Below, piece by piece: positions 1 through 11,189 of a stretch of 41,959 bases of DNA (position 1 is the first letter of the stretch; every line of letters starts with the position of its first letter). A program made the translations under genes and the position numbers. The notes under the pieces were generated by a model, which was not told the DNA's origin, ran no database searches, and was given only the letters and a program-made list of their open reading frames with translations. This DNA is from a virus. Taxonomy: Duplodnaviria; Heunggongvirae; Uroviricota; Caudoviricetes. The stretch lies in the IMG/VR virus record IMGVR_UViG_2690316153_000014, positions 1-41,959 of that record. The stretch is one strand, 5' to 3'.

Positions 1-307
1 TATTTACGCAACGCAGGTCGATGGCTGCGGATTGCGGATATTCTTCTTTGTCGATCCAGTTTTTGTTAATGGATAAATCCATCAATTTGTGGACATTTTC
101 GTCGTCCCAGGTCTGGCAGAAAGTGGCCAGGTTCTGACGAGCGTTGCCATCAAGATATAATTCGTCATTGATAATCTGGAATGCGACATCGTCGCGCATT
201 TCGTGCAGCGGAAAACGTTTTGATTCTGCGATAGTGGAAATAGACTTCGCACCAAAACGTGAATCGAGTAGTTCCGACCTTAAATCCGTTACTTGCTTCT
301 TATCCAT
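1..307 (-). CDS. gadB: glutamate decarboxylase GadB, N-terminal part only (gene continues beyond the window start)
   Basis: Reverse-strand translation from the ATG at 305-307 reads [63 protein letters not shown]..., which matches the GadB N-terminus from memory (GadA would start MDQKLLTDF). AAGGAG Shine-Dalgarno on the reverse strand at 314-319. Absent from the ORF track because it is cut by the window edge. Confidence 0.85.
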   Translation of the reverse strand, partial: MDKKQVTDLRSELLDSRFGAKSISTIAESKRFPLHEMRDDVAFQIINDELYLDGNARQNLATFCQTWDDENVHKLMDLSINKNWIDKEEYPQSAAIDLRCVN

Positions 308-386
308 TTTAAACTCCTTAAAATGATTGGATCGCATTAAAAAAGTAGGATTTATCGATAAAGTAAGCAAGTGCAAAGGACTCGTG

Positions 387-406
387 TTTAAATAACAAAA
401 TCCTAA
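387..406 (-). promoter_or_regulatory. GAD box (GadE/GadX-type 20-bp element) in the gadB promoter
   Basis: Reverse complement of 387-406 is TTAGGATTTTGTTATTTAAA, the conserved gad box, about 80-100 bp upstream of the gadB start codon. Confidence 0.7.
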
Positions 407-628
407 TGTTATTTATCGTGAGATATTACGCGAATAATATTTTTTCATTGAAAAACAATGCAATATGAAATTCTTGGGTGGTGGTAAGGTGTTTTATGCT
501 GTTATTTTTATGCGCATTCTGTGTCTCCTGAATTATCACGTAAAAATCAGACCTTAAAATATCACTATTAGTACTTGATTATTATTTTGAACGCATTTAT
601 AAAATTATTACATAAAAATAGCGAATAT

Positions 629-662
629 TGCTAAAATCCCCGCCAACGATGTGTTGACGGGG
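629..662 (-). terminator. intrinsic terminator downstream of pqqL
   Basis: 10-bp stem (638-647 with 653-662, one G-U pair on the minus-strand RNA), 5-nt loop, followed on the minus strand by AUUUU...; begins 7 nt after the pqqL stop. Confidence 0.5.
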
Positions 663-668
663 CTGTTA

Positions 669-3464
669 TTATTTTGGCAATAATACTCCGGTATAAGTAT
701 TTACCGGATAAGAAAGATATTGTTTAACGGCAGTGTTAACATTCTCTACCGTCATTTGTTTCAACAATTGCTCCTGCTCAGTCCATGCTGCAGGATCGTC
801 ATATTGAATAAGACTATTTACAATAGTGTTCGCTAATTGTTGAACGCTACGCTGTTGGATATCGAGGCTGCGCTGAACGTTTTGCTGGTATTCATTCAGT
901 TCTTGCTCACTGATCCCTTTAGCCAGACGCTTAACCATCACTTCATTCGCTAACGTTAACAGTTCATCATGTCGTTCTGGTTGACAAGTAAAAGCCAGCA
1001 AATGACTGATATCTTTGGCCTGAGGATCAACCGAGAGGCGAGAAGAAACGCTGTATGCTCCAGATGCCTGTTCACGAATATTAACACGTAGATCTTTTGC
1101 CAGTGCGACGTTAAAAGCATCGAGCGCCATACGCGTCGCCAGATTAACAGGTGTCCGGGAATCATAACGCTTCCACTGTGAAACCTGTGCCACAGGTTCA
1201 TTTTGTTCTTTTACAGTAACCGATGCGTTGTCCGTCGTGCGAGTTAATGGTTTACCTGCGGCTAATGGCGAATCAGAGTGTTTGATTGATCCTAAGTAAC
1301 GCGTAATTAACGCCACGAGTTTGTCTTCTGAGACATTACCGACAATGACAAACGTGATATCCGCTGGAGATGAAAACAACTGGCGATCGGCAGCCAGCGC
1401 ATCTGCGGCAGTAAACTGTACAATCTGATTTTCTTGCAGTAATTTCGTGCGGTCATCAGCATAGCGCGTCTCAAACATCTGCTGGGCGAATTTCTCCGCT
1501 GGACGCTGGTCGAGCGTTTTCAACGCCTGAATTTGAGCATTTTGTAGCGATGCCCAAATATTGTCGTTAATCGTGCTGTGGGTGATTCGCTGGTTAATCA
1601 ACTGAAAACCAGGTTCAGGGTTATTAGTCCGCGCGCTAACGGAGAGCAACGTATTCATGCCACTGACTTTACTGCTCATGGTTACCGAATTTTCCGCACT
1701 CCAGCGTTTCAGGCTGGAAGAGGAGAGCTCACCAACGCCGCTTCCGCTTACTGCTTTATTTGCCAGCGCGATAAGTGATTTTTGCTGCGCAGGGAAACTT
1801 AAATCGCCTTTATTCGATACGGCAGTAATTTGTAGCTTTTGCTCTTCACCCGCGGATTTTGCCAGAATAACCCTGGCACCATTGGAAAGTGTTAATGATG
1901 TCAGATTCTCAGCCAGCGTTTCTTTGCTGCTAATTTCCGCCTGTGGGTCAGCGTCTACTGTTAACGATAAATTTCTGCCTGGGAAGATGTAAGCCGCCAG
2001 CTTTTTGTTGGCGTACTCTTTTTCCAGCGCCAGGATAGCCGCAGGAGACAATGCTTTTTTGGCGGCAAGCTCATTGTTTACCATTTGCTCCCAAAATGCG
2101 TCCTGGTTCTTTCTTAACTGCTGCCATTTTTCCGCCAGACTTTGCACGGTAATTTGCTGCCACAGATGTTTCGAAAGTTGATATGTCTCTTCCGGCGACA
2201 AGAACGGCGTATTATTTAATGAGCTGGATGCCAGGCGACTGGTCAGCATACGTAAATCACGTTCAGCTTGCTGATCAACCGCATTTTTCAGCCAGGTGAG
2301 GCGGGTAGATTTGACATCATCGAGTTCTTCAGCAGAAAAACCATGCTGATCAATGGTTGCCAACTCTGCCATTAATGCATTCGCAGCATCCTGCATATTA
2401 TCGTCTCGTGCATTTACACGGAAAAACAGCGACTGATAATCGGGTGCAAATTTAACGCTGCGCGCAGTGCCGCCAGAAATAGTCTTCAACTCGCCCGACT
2501 GTATGCGTTCCTGCAGACGTTGATTGAACAGCTGAACTAACATGCTCCATTCAGCTTGTTCGATAAAGCTTTGCTCATCGTTCACTTGTACCATTGGCAG
2601 GCGATAATAGAGTGCGATGCCGTTCACCCGGTTTTCTTTATCATTAATGATATTAAAGCGCAGGTGGTTTTCGGCTTTTGTCGGCCAGACGCGATTTTCA
2701 GCTGCTTTGTTAGCCGGAAGCTTACTTAAATTATCCTTTATCAGCGCCAGCGCTTCTTTACTGTCGATATCGCCGACCACGATAAAGGTCATATTATTTG
2801 GTTGATACCAGCGTTGATAAAATTGGCGCAATTGTGCCGGTGTGACCGTGGCGACAGTATCCATCAGGCCGATAGGTTCACGGTCTAAATTACGGGTATT
2901 AGCCAGCAGGAAAGGGCGGCGCGCCTGAGAGGTGCGCCATTTCGCATCCTGATGGGCACGCCATTCCTCAGTAATTACGCCACGTTCAGCGTCTACTTCG
3001 AGTTTTTCAAAGGTTGCGGCATTACTCCATTCACTGAAGATTGCCATCACTTGTTGCAGATTTTGTTTCTGCGTAGTCGGCAAACTCACCTGATACACCG
3101 TTTCGTCATAGCTGGTATAGGCATTAACATCGCGACCAAAACGCAGGCCCATTGACTCAAATGTTTCGATGACTTTATTACCCGGCCATGTTTTTGTGCC
3201 GTTAAACATCATATGTTCTACAAAATGAGCTACGCCGCGCTCATTGTCTTCTTCCTGCAATGAACCGGTATGAATTTGCAGCCATAAATTTACCTGATCC
3301 TTTGGATGAGCATGCGGATAAATCATATATCGCAAGCCATTGCCCAGTTGCCCGGTAATTAACTTTTCATCCTGCGGTAAGGCGGCGGCAATCAGCCGCC
3401 CGGGGAGCAACAGAGTTGCCACTAACGTCAGTAAGAAACAGAGGTTTCTCATAATTATCTCCAT
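669..3464 (-). CDS. pqqL: periplasmic zinc metallopeptidase, M16 family (PqqL)
   Basis: 931-aa ORF with signal peptide and the inverted zinc-binding motif HFVEHMMF...E; length and synteny (gadB-pqqL-yddB-yddA) match E. coli PqqL. Confidence 0.9.
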   Translation of the reverse strand: MEIIMRNLCFLLTLVATLLLPGRLIAAALPQDEKLITGQLGNGLRYMIYPHAHPKDQVNLWLQIHTGSLQEEDNERGVAHFVEHMMFNGTKTWPGNKVIETFESMGLRFGRDVNAYTSYDETVYQVSLPTTQKQNLQQVMAIFSEWSNAATFEKLEVDAERGVITEEWRAHQDAKWRTSQARRPFLLANTRNLDREPIGLMDTVATVTPAQLRQFYQRWYQPNNMTFIVVGDIDSKEALALIKDNLSKLPANKAAENRVWPTKAENHLRFNIINDKENRVNGIALYYRLPMVQVNDEQSFIEQAEWSMLVQLFNQRLQERIQSGELKTISGGTARSVKFAPDYQSLFFRVNARDDNMQDAANALMAELATIDQHGFSAEELDDVKSTRLTWLKNAVDQQAERDLRMLTSRLASSSLNNTPFLSPEETYQLSKHLWQQITVQSLAEKWQQLRKNQDAFWEQMVNNELAAKKALSPAAILALEKEYANKKLAAYIFPGRNLSLTVDADPQAEISSKETLAENLTSLTLSNGARVILAKSAGEEQKLQITAVSNKGDLSFPAQQKSLIALANKAVSGSGVGELSSSSLKRWSAENSVTMSSKVSGMNTLLSVSARTNNPEPGFQLINQRITHSTINDNIWASLQNAQIQALKTLDQRPAEKFAQQMFETRYADDRTKLLQENQIVQFTAADALAADRQLFSSPADITFVIVGNVSEDKLVALITRYLGSIKHSDSPLAAGKPLTRTTDNASVTVKEQNEPVAQVSQWKRYDSRTPVNLATRMALDAFNVALAKDLRVNIREQASGAYSVSSRLSVDPQAKDISHLLAFTCQPERHDELLTLANEVMVKRLAKGISEQELNEYQQNVQRSLDIQQRSVQQLANTIVNSLIQYDDPAAWTEQEQLLKQMTVENVNTAVKQYLSYPVNTYTGVLLPK

Positions 3465-3508
3465 GCGAAAACCGGGCGAATTTACCCGGTTAAGTAAAAT
3501 CCGAACTA

Positions 3509-5881
3509 TTAAAATTTCATGCTGACATCAAGCCAGAAAGTACGGCCACTGGCGTAGGTCGCCACACCGGTATTCGTTGTATCAACAGCGGTTTTGCTAT
3601 CCAATACATTGAGAATATCGGCACTGATCGTCAGGTTTTGTTGTTTCAGAAATTGTGGCGTCCAGGACAAGCGGGTGTCCCAGGTCAGGCTGCTATCCAG
3701 TTTTTCGTCAACATACTGCTTGTAATCTGAATATTCGCTGATGTATTGCGCATTTGTCTTACCCAGGATAATGCGAGCTTTACGCGCTTCTTGCCAGGCC
3801 AGCGTATTCGCCCACACTAACCCGCTCGGTTGATGCGTGAAATCCATGTTTAAGGAGATCTTTAATGGGTTATTAAAATCTGCCACTGGAACGCTATCGT
3901 AAGAGACCAGATTACCGTTATAAACCACCTGGTTATCACCGGTATTGCTCTCCTCATAACCATTGTTTAACGACAAGTTGCCCTTGCTCTTGATATAGCT
4001 AAAGACAATTTGTGGGTTAATATCTACCTGGCGGATATGCAGGGGTTCGGCCAGTTCAAAACTGAGGCTGAACGAATGCGTTTTGGTTTTGCCATCGTTG
4101 TTATATTCAGTAATGGTGGTTTTAGTCGCGCTGTCGGTACGACTGCTTTTGCTTATTTGATCATGCGCTTCACGGTAAACATAGTTTGCACGCGCAATAA
4201 CGTTCTTACCGATTTTCTGCTGCAATCCCATTGCCAGTTCATCGTTATAAGGCGTTTTCAAATCCTGATAACGCGTCAGAGTTTTATTACCTGATACCGA
4301 TTCCGTCCAGCTATTGCGGATATCACGTAATCCCATATCAAGAATATTCCCGCCATAGTAACGGTTATAACCTGCTGTAATCATTGAGGTTTGATTAGCA
4401 AAAATATCCCATTCCGTCATAAAGCGCGGGGAGATATTGTGGTTTGACAGATAGTTGTCATAGTCATACCGCACGCCGGGCATTAATGACACATTACGCC
4501 AGCTAATGCGATCCGCCATATACAGCGTGTAGTTGTCAATTCCCAGGCTGCCTTTACCTTTATGGTAAATGGTATGGTTAGTTTTCTTTCCGGCAGCATT
4601 AATCACATAGGATTCAGACTGGTTATGGCGTTCAGTCCACGCATCGGAATAGATGTATTCCGCGCCGAAGTAGGGTTGATGCGAAACATTACCCACGGCG
4701 AATTTTTGTCAGTCCAGGCGTGTTTTGAAGGTGTAATTATCTACAGCCTGGGAAATGTGTCCTAATCCGCCACGGGTGCAACGCCCTGTAATATCACCAT
4801 ATGTACATGAAAGTTCGGTGTACCAGATGTCATGATCGTGACGGGTATAATCACTAATATGATCCCAACCAACGGTGGTACGTAGTTTGGCCCATGCGAG
4901 CTGCGTATCCATATCCCATGCCAGACCATAGGATTTATTACCCATTTCGCGATCAGACTGCGGGAAGGTGCTGGTATTATAATCACGGCTGGAGCCGGTA
5001 TATTTTAAGGTTAAATCGTGGGTAAAGCGGTCGCTGGCAAACCAGGTAAATTTGCTCAATGCGGTATCGATAACGTTTTTATACTGTGCCCGACCGGCGA
5101 CAATGCCGTCATTCGAAACATAATCCGCGCGGGTGATATCAGACTGGCGGCGCGATAAACCGGCGGTAACGCCAAAGTTATCAGCGAGTTCCTGATTAAA
5201 CGACAAGGTATAAAAGTTCTTTTTAAAATCTGGGGAGTAATAAGTACTTCCTGAAGAGCCTTGATTAAATGCGCTCTTGTTATTCTCATCGATATGCGAT
5301 GTTAACCAGTCCGAACGCGTAGTGCGATAACCCAGTTTCACGCTGCTATCATCAGCGTTGAAGCGTTTGATCTTTGCATCAATTACCCCGCCATTGAAGC
5401 GACCGAATTCAACCGGCACAAAACTGTCATAAAGCGTCACATTGTCCAGTAAGCTGACATCAAGATAATACCCCTGTGACATCCCGCTAATATTGGTTGC
5501 ACTACTGGCATCGGACTCATTCGCTGGGTTCAAGTTATTAGTGGCACTAATACCGTCAATCAAATAGGCATTCTGATAGGGCGACGCACCGTGAATAGAG
5601 ATTTTCTCCGGGCGAATATCTCCCTGGTTCAACGAGGTACTTTGCGTTGAATCCATGCGTACCGCAGGGTTGGTTCTCAGCAGATCGCTGATATTGCCAT
5701 TCCCGGTCGGTAAACGCTCGATGCTTTCACTGGTGTAATGCGTGTTGCCGTTTACGGGTACAGGGACAGGAGCATAGACCGTCATCTCTTCAAAAACATG
5801 CATGTACATGTTTTTGTCATCGACGGCCTGCGCCACATCAGCGCCACATAAAATGACGCCAGGAATAAGAACTCGCTTCAT
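3509..5881 (-). pseudogene. yddB: TonB-dependent outer-membrane receptor YddB interrupted by an in-frame TGA at 4709-4711 (track ORFs 4709..5881 and 3509..4696 are one frame)
   Basis: Both ORFs are in the same reading frame; 791 codons span the region, matching the 790-aa YddB. N-terminal part has a signal peptide and plug-domain features, C-terminal part ends in the terminal Phe typical of a beta-barrel. The only interruption is one opal codon (revcomp of tca at 4709-4711). Confidence 0.75.
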
Positions 5882-5918
5882 TTATTTATATCTCCGTACA
5901 GCAGGGCTTTTATTGTTT

Positions 5919-7604
5919 TTATAAAACCGCGCTAATGTCACAAATATCATCTGCCAGGTTCCAGACACCGGGTTGATGTGTAACCATAATGACGCCGCTT
6001 GTGGGTAGTTTTTCACGCACTAAACGCAGTAAGCGGATAGCCTCTTGTTCCTCAAGATGAGAGGTAGTTTCGTCAAGAAATATCCATTTCGGACGTCGTA
6101 AAATTAATCGTGCCAGGGCGATACGTTGTTTTTCGCCGCTGGAAAGAATATCTCCCCAGCGATCGTGGTCATGAATACGCGCAGCCAATTTCCCCAGACC
6201 AACCTGATGCAGTACTTCGCTCAACGATTTATCGTCTACGGGCAGGGGAAGTGCTTTACAAATAATCTCTTTCAGTAAGCCGCTTTTGATTAACGGTGTT
6301 TGTGACACATACCAACTGTCAGCAGGAGAAGAAATATCACCTTTAAACCACGGCCAGCAGTGGGATAATGTTTTAAGCAGTGTGGTTTTTCCCGCACCAG
6401 AGTAGCCTTTCAGTAATAGCCATTTGCCTGGCGAAACATGAAAGTTCAAGTTCTCTAATATGATCTTATTATCAGGCGTACGAATACTCGCATTAGCCAC
6501 TTGTACCGCATGTTGGCAATTTTTAGGCTTATTCGTAGGGCGCTGTTCAGTGAGTTGATGGAACTCATACAAGCGATCGATAACCGCAGCCAGCTCAGCA
6601 AGTTCGTCATATTTATAAATAAACCAGCTTAAATTGTTCGATACCAGCATAAATGCCTGGCGCGATTTCATCAGTCCGCCCAGATTGATCTGCCCGCAAA
6701 TAAACTGCGGCAATAACAGAAAGTAGGGAAGAACGCTAAGCGAGCGCGAATAAATATTCTGCCAGTAATCAAGCCACCGCTGACGATTCATTAAACGATG
6801 CCAGTTCTCTTTAATGGTATGAAAATTGTCGCTCAACTCCTGGCGTTGTAGAGACTCAGCATTGCTTAGCGCAATCAGTTCTGCCTGCTTATTATGCTGC
6901 ACAAGATTTGTTCGAAATGTCGCTTCGCTACGTTGTTTTTCCACATTAAGCGGACGAATACGTTTACCAACCTTATGGGTAAATAAAGTTCCACCGATCA
7001 CAATGAGCACAACGGTATAGACCATATACCCCTGGATATTCCATTCTGTTCCACCAACAGTGAATGAGAGCGTACCCGCGCTTTGCCAAAGAATAACGGT
7101 AAAGGTGATCAGCATGCTAAGTGACTGGATGAAGCCAAATGAAAGGCTGAGCGTTTTGCTGATCAGTAAGAGAATGTCTTCAGCGATACGTTGGTCAGGG
7201 TTATCTGTATTTTTATGCTCGCCGTAGATCTGCGTGAAGTAGTAGTTTTTATCTGCAAACCACCGATTAAGGTAGTAATCTGTTAACCATTCGCGCCAGC
7301 GAATAGTCAGTAGTTTAATTAACCATGTTTTGTTTACGGATATTAATACAAAGATCCCCAGCAGGGCAGGGAACCAAAGGACAAGCTGCCAAAGCTTATC
7401 GGTTTCTTTCTGGCTTAGCGCATTGAAAAAATCATTATTCCAGTCGTTTAACCAGACCTGAATTTTAACCACGCCAAGGATCATGGCGAGGATAATAATG
7501 ATTAACAACACTGAAGTTTTATTATTCTTACGCAGCCAAAAGGGCTTCAGCAGACAGAGATACTTTGCTATCAACATACAAAACGTAATGGGAATGGTTA
7601 TCAT
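5919..7604 (-). CDS. yddA: fused permease/ATP-binding ABC transporter YddA
   Basis: 561-aa ORF with N-terminal hydrophobic segments and C-terminal Walker A (GYSGAGKTT), ABC signature (LSSGEKQR) and Walker B (IFLDETTSHL). Confidence 0.9.
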   Translation of the reverse strand: MITIPITFCMLIAKYLCLLKPFWLRKNNKTSVLLIIIILAMILGVVKIQVWLNDWNNDFFNALSQKETDKLWQLVLWFPALLGIFVLISVNKTWLIKLLTIRWREWLTDYYLNRWFADKNYYFTQIYGEHKNTDNPDQRIAEDILLLISKTLSLSFGFIQSLSMLITFTVILWQSAGTLSFTVGGTEWNIQGYMVYTVVLIVIGGTLFTHKVGKRIRPLNVEKQRSEATFRTNLVQHNKQAELIALSNAESLQRQELSDNFHTIKENWHRLMNRQRWLDYWQNIYSRSLSVLPYFLLLPQFICGQINLGGLMKSRQAFMLVSNNLSWFIYKYDELAELAAVIDRLYEFHQLTEQRPTNKPKNCQHAVQVANASIRTPDNKIILENLNFHVSPGKWLLLKGYSGAGKTTLLKTLSHCWPWFKGDISSPADSWYVSQTPLIKSGLLKEIICKALPLPVDDKSLSEVLHQVGLGKLAARIHDHDRWGDILSSGEKQRIALARLILRRPKWIFLDETTSHLEEQEAIRLLRLVREKLPTSGVIMVTHQPGVWNLADDICDISAVL

Positions 7605-7894
7605 TAGCGAAAATTGATTGTGCCATCCAATGATTATCTATGGCAATGATTTACTGATGAAATTTATTTAAGTATCATTTAACAATATGAAATATAAAGG
7701 AATATTTCATTTTCAGTGGTTATGGTTATGCTATTGATAATCAAGGGTATTGCTAATGCCCTGACGCATACCACGTAAGCCAGGATTTTCGCAAGGGAAG
7801 ATGATGATGACGAAACACCCGACAGGAATTTATGTCGGGTGCCTTGTTAAGGTCATAAGAAGGAGGCTAAGAATGGAGTTAAAAGAGAGCGTTA

Positions 7895-9052
7895 TTAATT
7901 ATTCTCCATTTGTTTTGCAACATCCATAATGTGGTAAAGCGGTACTCTGTTCTTAGCTAACTCCACCATGGCGTTCATATAAGGTACCATGGTTGAAAAA
8001 AGGATTTTATAACCTTCGCAAAAATAAGAAACAGTCTCATTGTTTACTTTAGTAATACGATGCTTAGGACAACCGCCATTGCAGATAGGTTTATATGCAC
8101 ATTGCTGACATTTCGCTGAAATCCGTTTTTTTTGCGCTGTCAGTTGTACACTGTTCATCGTTTTGAGTTCAGATTTATTAATGTTTCCAATTTTGTACTG
8201 TGGATAGACAAAATGGTCGCATTCGTAAATGTCTCCATTACTTTCAACAACCAGATTATCCTTGCAGGACTCCTGGAAAATACAACTTGTATGCCCATTC
8301 CCCAAAAAACGGCTGACAAAGCTTTCAAACTGACGAATGAAAATTTCACCCACATCGTTTTTAACCCATTGCATAAAAATGGTTGACATAAACTTGCCAT
8401 AAGCCGTGGGAGGCACAGAAAAATCAATGATACGGAATGTGTTCTCACTATGACCACTGAAATCAATATTCGGCGTCCCGGTTTCGAGCAATTCGATAAA
8501 TTGCATATGTTTACTGCCGATAGATTTTAAAAAATGATAAACCTCAAGAGGGTAATGGACATTAACGTTATTAATGACGGTTAACGTATTAAACTCAACT
8601 TGATATGATTTCAGACGCTCGATGGCTGCTATCACTTTTGCAAAAGTACCGTTACCTGAATTACTGCGTCTGTAACGGTCATGTAACTCCTGGGGGCCAT
8701 CGATCGAGATACCAACCAGAAATTCATGTTCTTTGAGAAAGGCACACCATTCATTATTCAATAAAATGCCATTCGTTTGTAATGCATTAAAAATACGTTT
8801 TTGGCCTGCATAGCGTTGTTGATAGTGAATAACTTTACGGAAAAAATCCAGGCCAGCCAGAGTGGGTTCACCGCCTTGCCAGGTAAAATAGACCTGATTG
8901 CCAGACGCTGCGATATATTGTTTGATGAACTCTTTCAGAGTACTGTCATCCATCCATTTTTCATGAGTAAACTGCGACTCTTTTTCAAGGTAAAAACAGT
9001 AATCACATTTGAGATTACATTGAAAACTGGAGGGCTTGGCTGTAACGTGCAT
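7895..9052 (-). CDS. ydeM: radical-SAM anaerobic sulfatase-maturating enzyme homologue YdeM
   Basis: CNLKCDYC radical-SAM cysteine motif near the N-terminus plus C-terminal cysteine clusters. Start placed at MHVTAKP (385 aa); the track ORF begins 5 codons earlier at 9067. Confidence 0.85.
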   Translation of the reverse strand: MHVTAKPSSFQCNLKCDYCFYLEKESQFTHEKWMDDSTLKEFIKQYIAASGNQVYFTWQGGEPTLAGLDFFRKVIHYQQRYAGQKRIFNALQTNGILLNNEWCAFLKEHEFLVGISIDGPQELHDRYRRSNSGNGTFAKVIAAIERLKSYQVEFNTLTVINNVNVHYPLEVYHFLKSIGSKHMQFIELLETGTPNIDFSGHSENTFRIIDFSVPPTAYGKFMSTIFMQWVKNDVGEIFIRQFESFVSRFLGNGHTSCIFQESCKDNLVVESNGDIYECDHFVYPQYKIGNINKSELKTMNSVQLTAQKKRISAKCQQCAYKPICNGGCPKHRITKVNNETVSYFCEGYKILFSTMVPYMNAMVELAKNRVPLYHIMDVAKQMENN

Positions 9053-9103
9053 CGCTATCTCGCTCAATAAGGCGGCGGAAAATTCCGCCGCATGAAGGTT
9101 TAG

Positions 9104-10786
9104 TTATTTCGCTTCGCTTAGTGCTTTCTTGATATTGTTAAACTTCTCCTGATTTACCTCGCTAAGCGGTGGCTGGCTGCTGTCGATAAACTCTCTTACC
9201 ACGCCTTGCATCTCTTTAACGACCTGCGGATTGGCGGCGGCAAGGTTATCTTTTTGCTGTAGATCCGTCAGTTTGTAGAGACCTAACTGATTGTTTTCTA
9301 CTGTATAGACAAGCGAATAATCGTTATTTCTCACCGTATAAGAGAATTGGCTTAAGTCCTCAGTGTTGGGGTTATGCGGGTAATCGTCTGACTGATGGCG
9401 AACAAATTTGTGGTAATTATCCCAGAATGGAATATTTTCCTCGTCAAACCAGTGAGAATAAGAGGTTATCCAGGTCAGATTTTTATGTGGCTCGCCTTGT
9501 TTCTTATCTTGCAACCAGGGCAGCAAGGAAACGCCATCCAGCTTAAGGTCTTTTGGAATGCTGATATCGGCTGCATCAAGAGCTGTCGGGTAGAAATCCA
9601 TTGCGGAAATCAGCTTGTCATAATTACCGGGTTGAAGTTTTCCTTTCCACCACATAAACATTGGGGTGTGAGTACCGCCAGGATAGGTCTGACTCTTATA
9701 GCCTTTTTGCGCCCCGTTCAGCGGCAGAGGACCATCGATAACCGCACCATTATCGGAGGTAAAGAGAATAATTGTATTGTCATACTGTCCGTTTTTCTTC
9801 AGTTGTTCGAGAATGCGTTTTACACCCTGATCAACAGAATAAACGGAAGCGTAGTAGTTATCTGCTGTTTGACTACCGGTATTAAATTGCTTCTGATATT
9901 GATCCGGTGCAGGATTATCATTTGGCAGGTGCGGAGCATTATAAGCCAGGTAAAGCATAAAAGGCTGGTCAAGTGTTTTGGCACGATCAACAACGCCAAT
10001 TGCCTCATCGGTTAACTGATCGCTGATATAACCTTTTGCGGGGACACGTTCACGATTTTTGAACAGTGAAGGGGAGTTGTAATATGCCGTTCCTGCAGCG
10101 TGGAATCCCATAAAGTAATCAAAGCCACGGTTTTGAGGTTGCCATTCTTCCGCAGAAAATGTGGTGAAGTTGTCATGATAGTCACGCGTTTGTTTATCTT
10201 CCGGTACCGGCACATTACTGATTTTTGACAAGTGCCATTTACCTACTGCTGCAGTGTAATAACCATGATTCTGGAATAATTCAGGCAAGAAAGTTTCTGT
10301 TAGCGGAATACCATCCTGAGCATCGGTATTGGAATAGACACCAAAGCGGGCGGGAGCTCGACCGGTCATTATTGCGGCACGGGAGGGGCCGGAAACACCG
10401 TGTGCCACATAGCCGTTAGTAAACCGTACGCCTTCATCCATTAATGAAAGGAGCGTCGGCGTTGATTTTTGTGCAGCTTCAATGGCTTTATCTATCCCTA
10501 TTTTGTAGGTATCGACAACTTCACGATTTTCCATTGTTTTTGGGTCAAAAGATCCCTTATCAAAAGGAAGTTGTCCATAACCAAGATCATCCATGGTTAG
10601 TACGATAATATTTGGCTTTCCTTTGGTACTGTATTCAGTCGGCGTAAAGTCTGAGAAAGCAACGTTTGTTTTGGTTGCTTTCAGCTTTACATCATCTGCC
10701 GCATGAGCAGCAAATGCAGCCATACCAGATGCCAGTATCAAAGATATCGAGGTACTTACGACACTTTTCTTTAATGCAGACTTCAT
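9104..10786 (-). CDS. ydeN: putative sulfatase YdeN (secreted)
   Basis: 560-aa ORF with signal peptide (...AAFAAHA) and sulfatase-family features; directly downstream partner of the maturase gene. Confidence 0.85.
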   Translation of the reverse strand: MKSALKKSVVSTSISLILASGMAAFAAHAADDVKLKATKTNVAFSDFTPTEYSTKGKPNIIVLTMDDLGYGQLPFDKGSFDPKTMENREVVDTYKIGIDKAIEAAQKSTPTLLSLMDEGVRFTNGYVAHGVSGPSRAAIMTGRAPARFGVYSNTDAQDGIPLTETFLPELFQNHGYYTAAVGKWHLSKISNVPVPEDKQTRDYHDNFTTFSAEEWQPQNRGFDYFMGFHAAGTAYYNSPSLFKNRERVPAKGYISDQLTDEAIGVVDRAKTLDQPFMLYLAYNAPHLPNDNPAPDQYQKQFNTGSQTADNYYASVYSVDQGVKRILEQLKKNGQYDNTIILFTSDNGAVIDGPLPLNGAQKGYKSQTYPGGTHTPMFMWWKGKLQPGNYDKLISAMDFYPTALDAADISIPKDLKLDGVSLLPWLQDKKQGEPHKNLTWITSYSHWFDEENIPFWDNYHKFVRHQSDDYPHNPNTEDLSQFSYTVRNNDYSLVYTVENNQLGLYKLTDLQQKDNLAAANPQVVKEMQGVVREFIDSSQPPLSEVNQEKFNNIKKALSEAK

Positions 10787-11116
10787 AAATGTTCCTCTTC
10801 TTATTGTACTTAATTCCGAAGTAATTTTACGAAGAGAAATAAGTGGGTGTAAGTGAAGTTAGTCACATAAAGAGATAGCAGATTTAGCTAAAAAAAGGGA
10901 AATAACAGTCCATAAAGCGTTGACATTACTTTCTGTTCTACTAAGTAATTTCTTGCCGATAAACAACTAATCTATTGATATTTAATAAATTATTGCATTT
11001 TACTGACAAAATGCCGAATTGAGATCATAAATAATCATGCAACAGGTTATGCAAATGCATAAATATGTGATGAATGTCACTTATTTATTTCAATAAATAT
11101 ATCACCTAAAAACAAC

Positions 11117-11153
11117 GCGGGGCAGGGAATGACTGCCCCATTTTTAATTTTTA
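11117..11153. terminator. bidirectional intrinsic terminator between ydeO (3' end) and the ydeN upstream region
   Basis: Perfect 7-bp GC stem GGGGCAG/CTGCCCC (11119-11125 with 11133-11139), 7-nt loop, U-runs on both strands. Confidence 0.5.
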
Positions 11154-11189
11154 CGTAGGGTGCGTGGTTGACTACTCGTTAGCAAATAA

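Noticed and set aside
7873-7929. 18-aa plus-strand ORF ([18 protein letters not shown]) with a strong AGGAGG Shine-Dalgarno
   Set aside because: It lies antisense over the 3' end of ydeM, is very short and has no independent support; the SD-like sequence is most likely coincidental.
9395-10015. 206-aa plus-strand ORF and other long plus-strand ORFs inside pqqL, ydeN, ydeP and the usher gene
   Set aside because: They are fully antisense to well-supported, conserved minus-strand genes and look like typical shadow ORFs.
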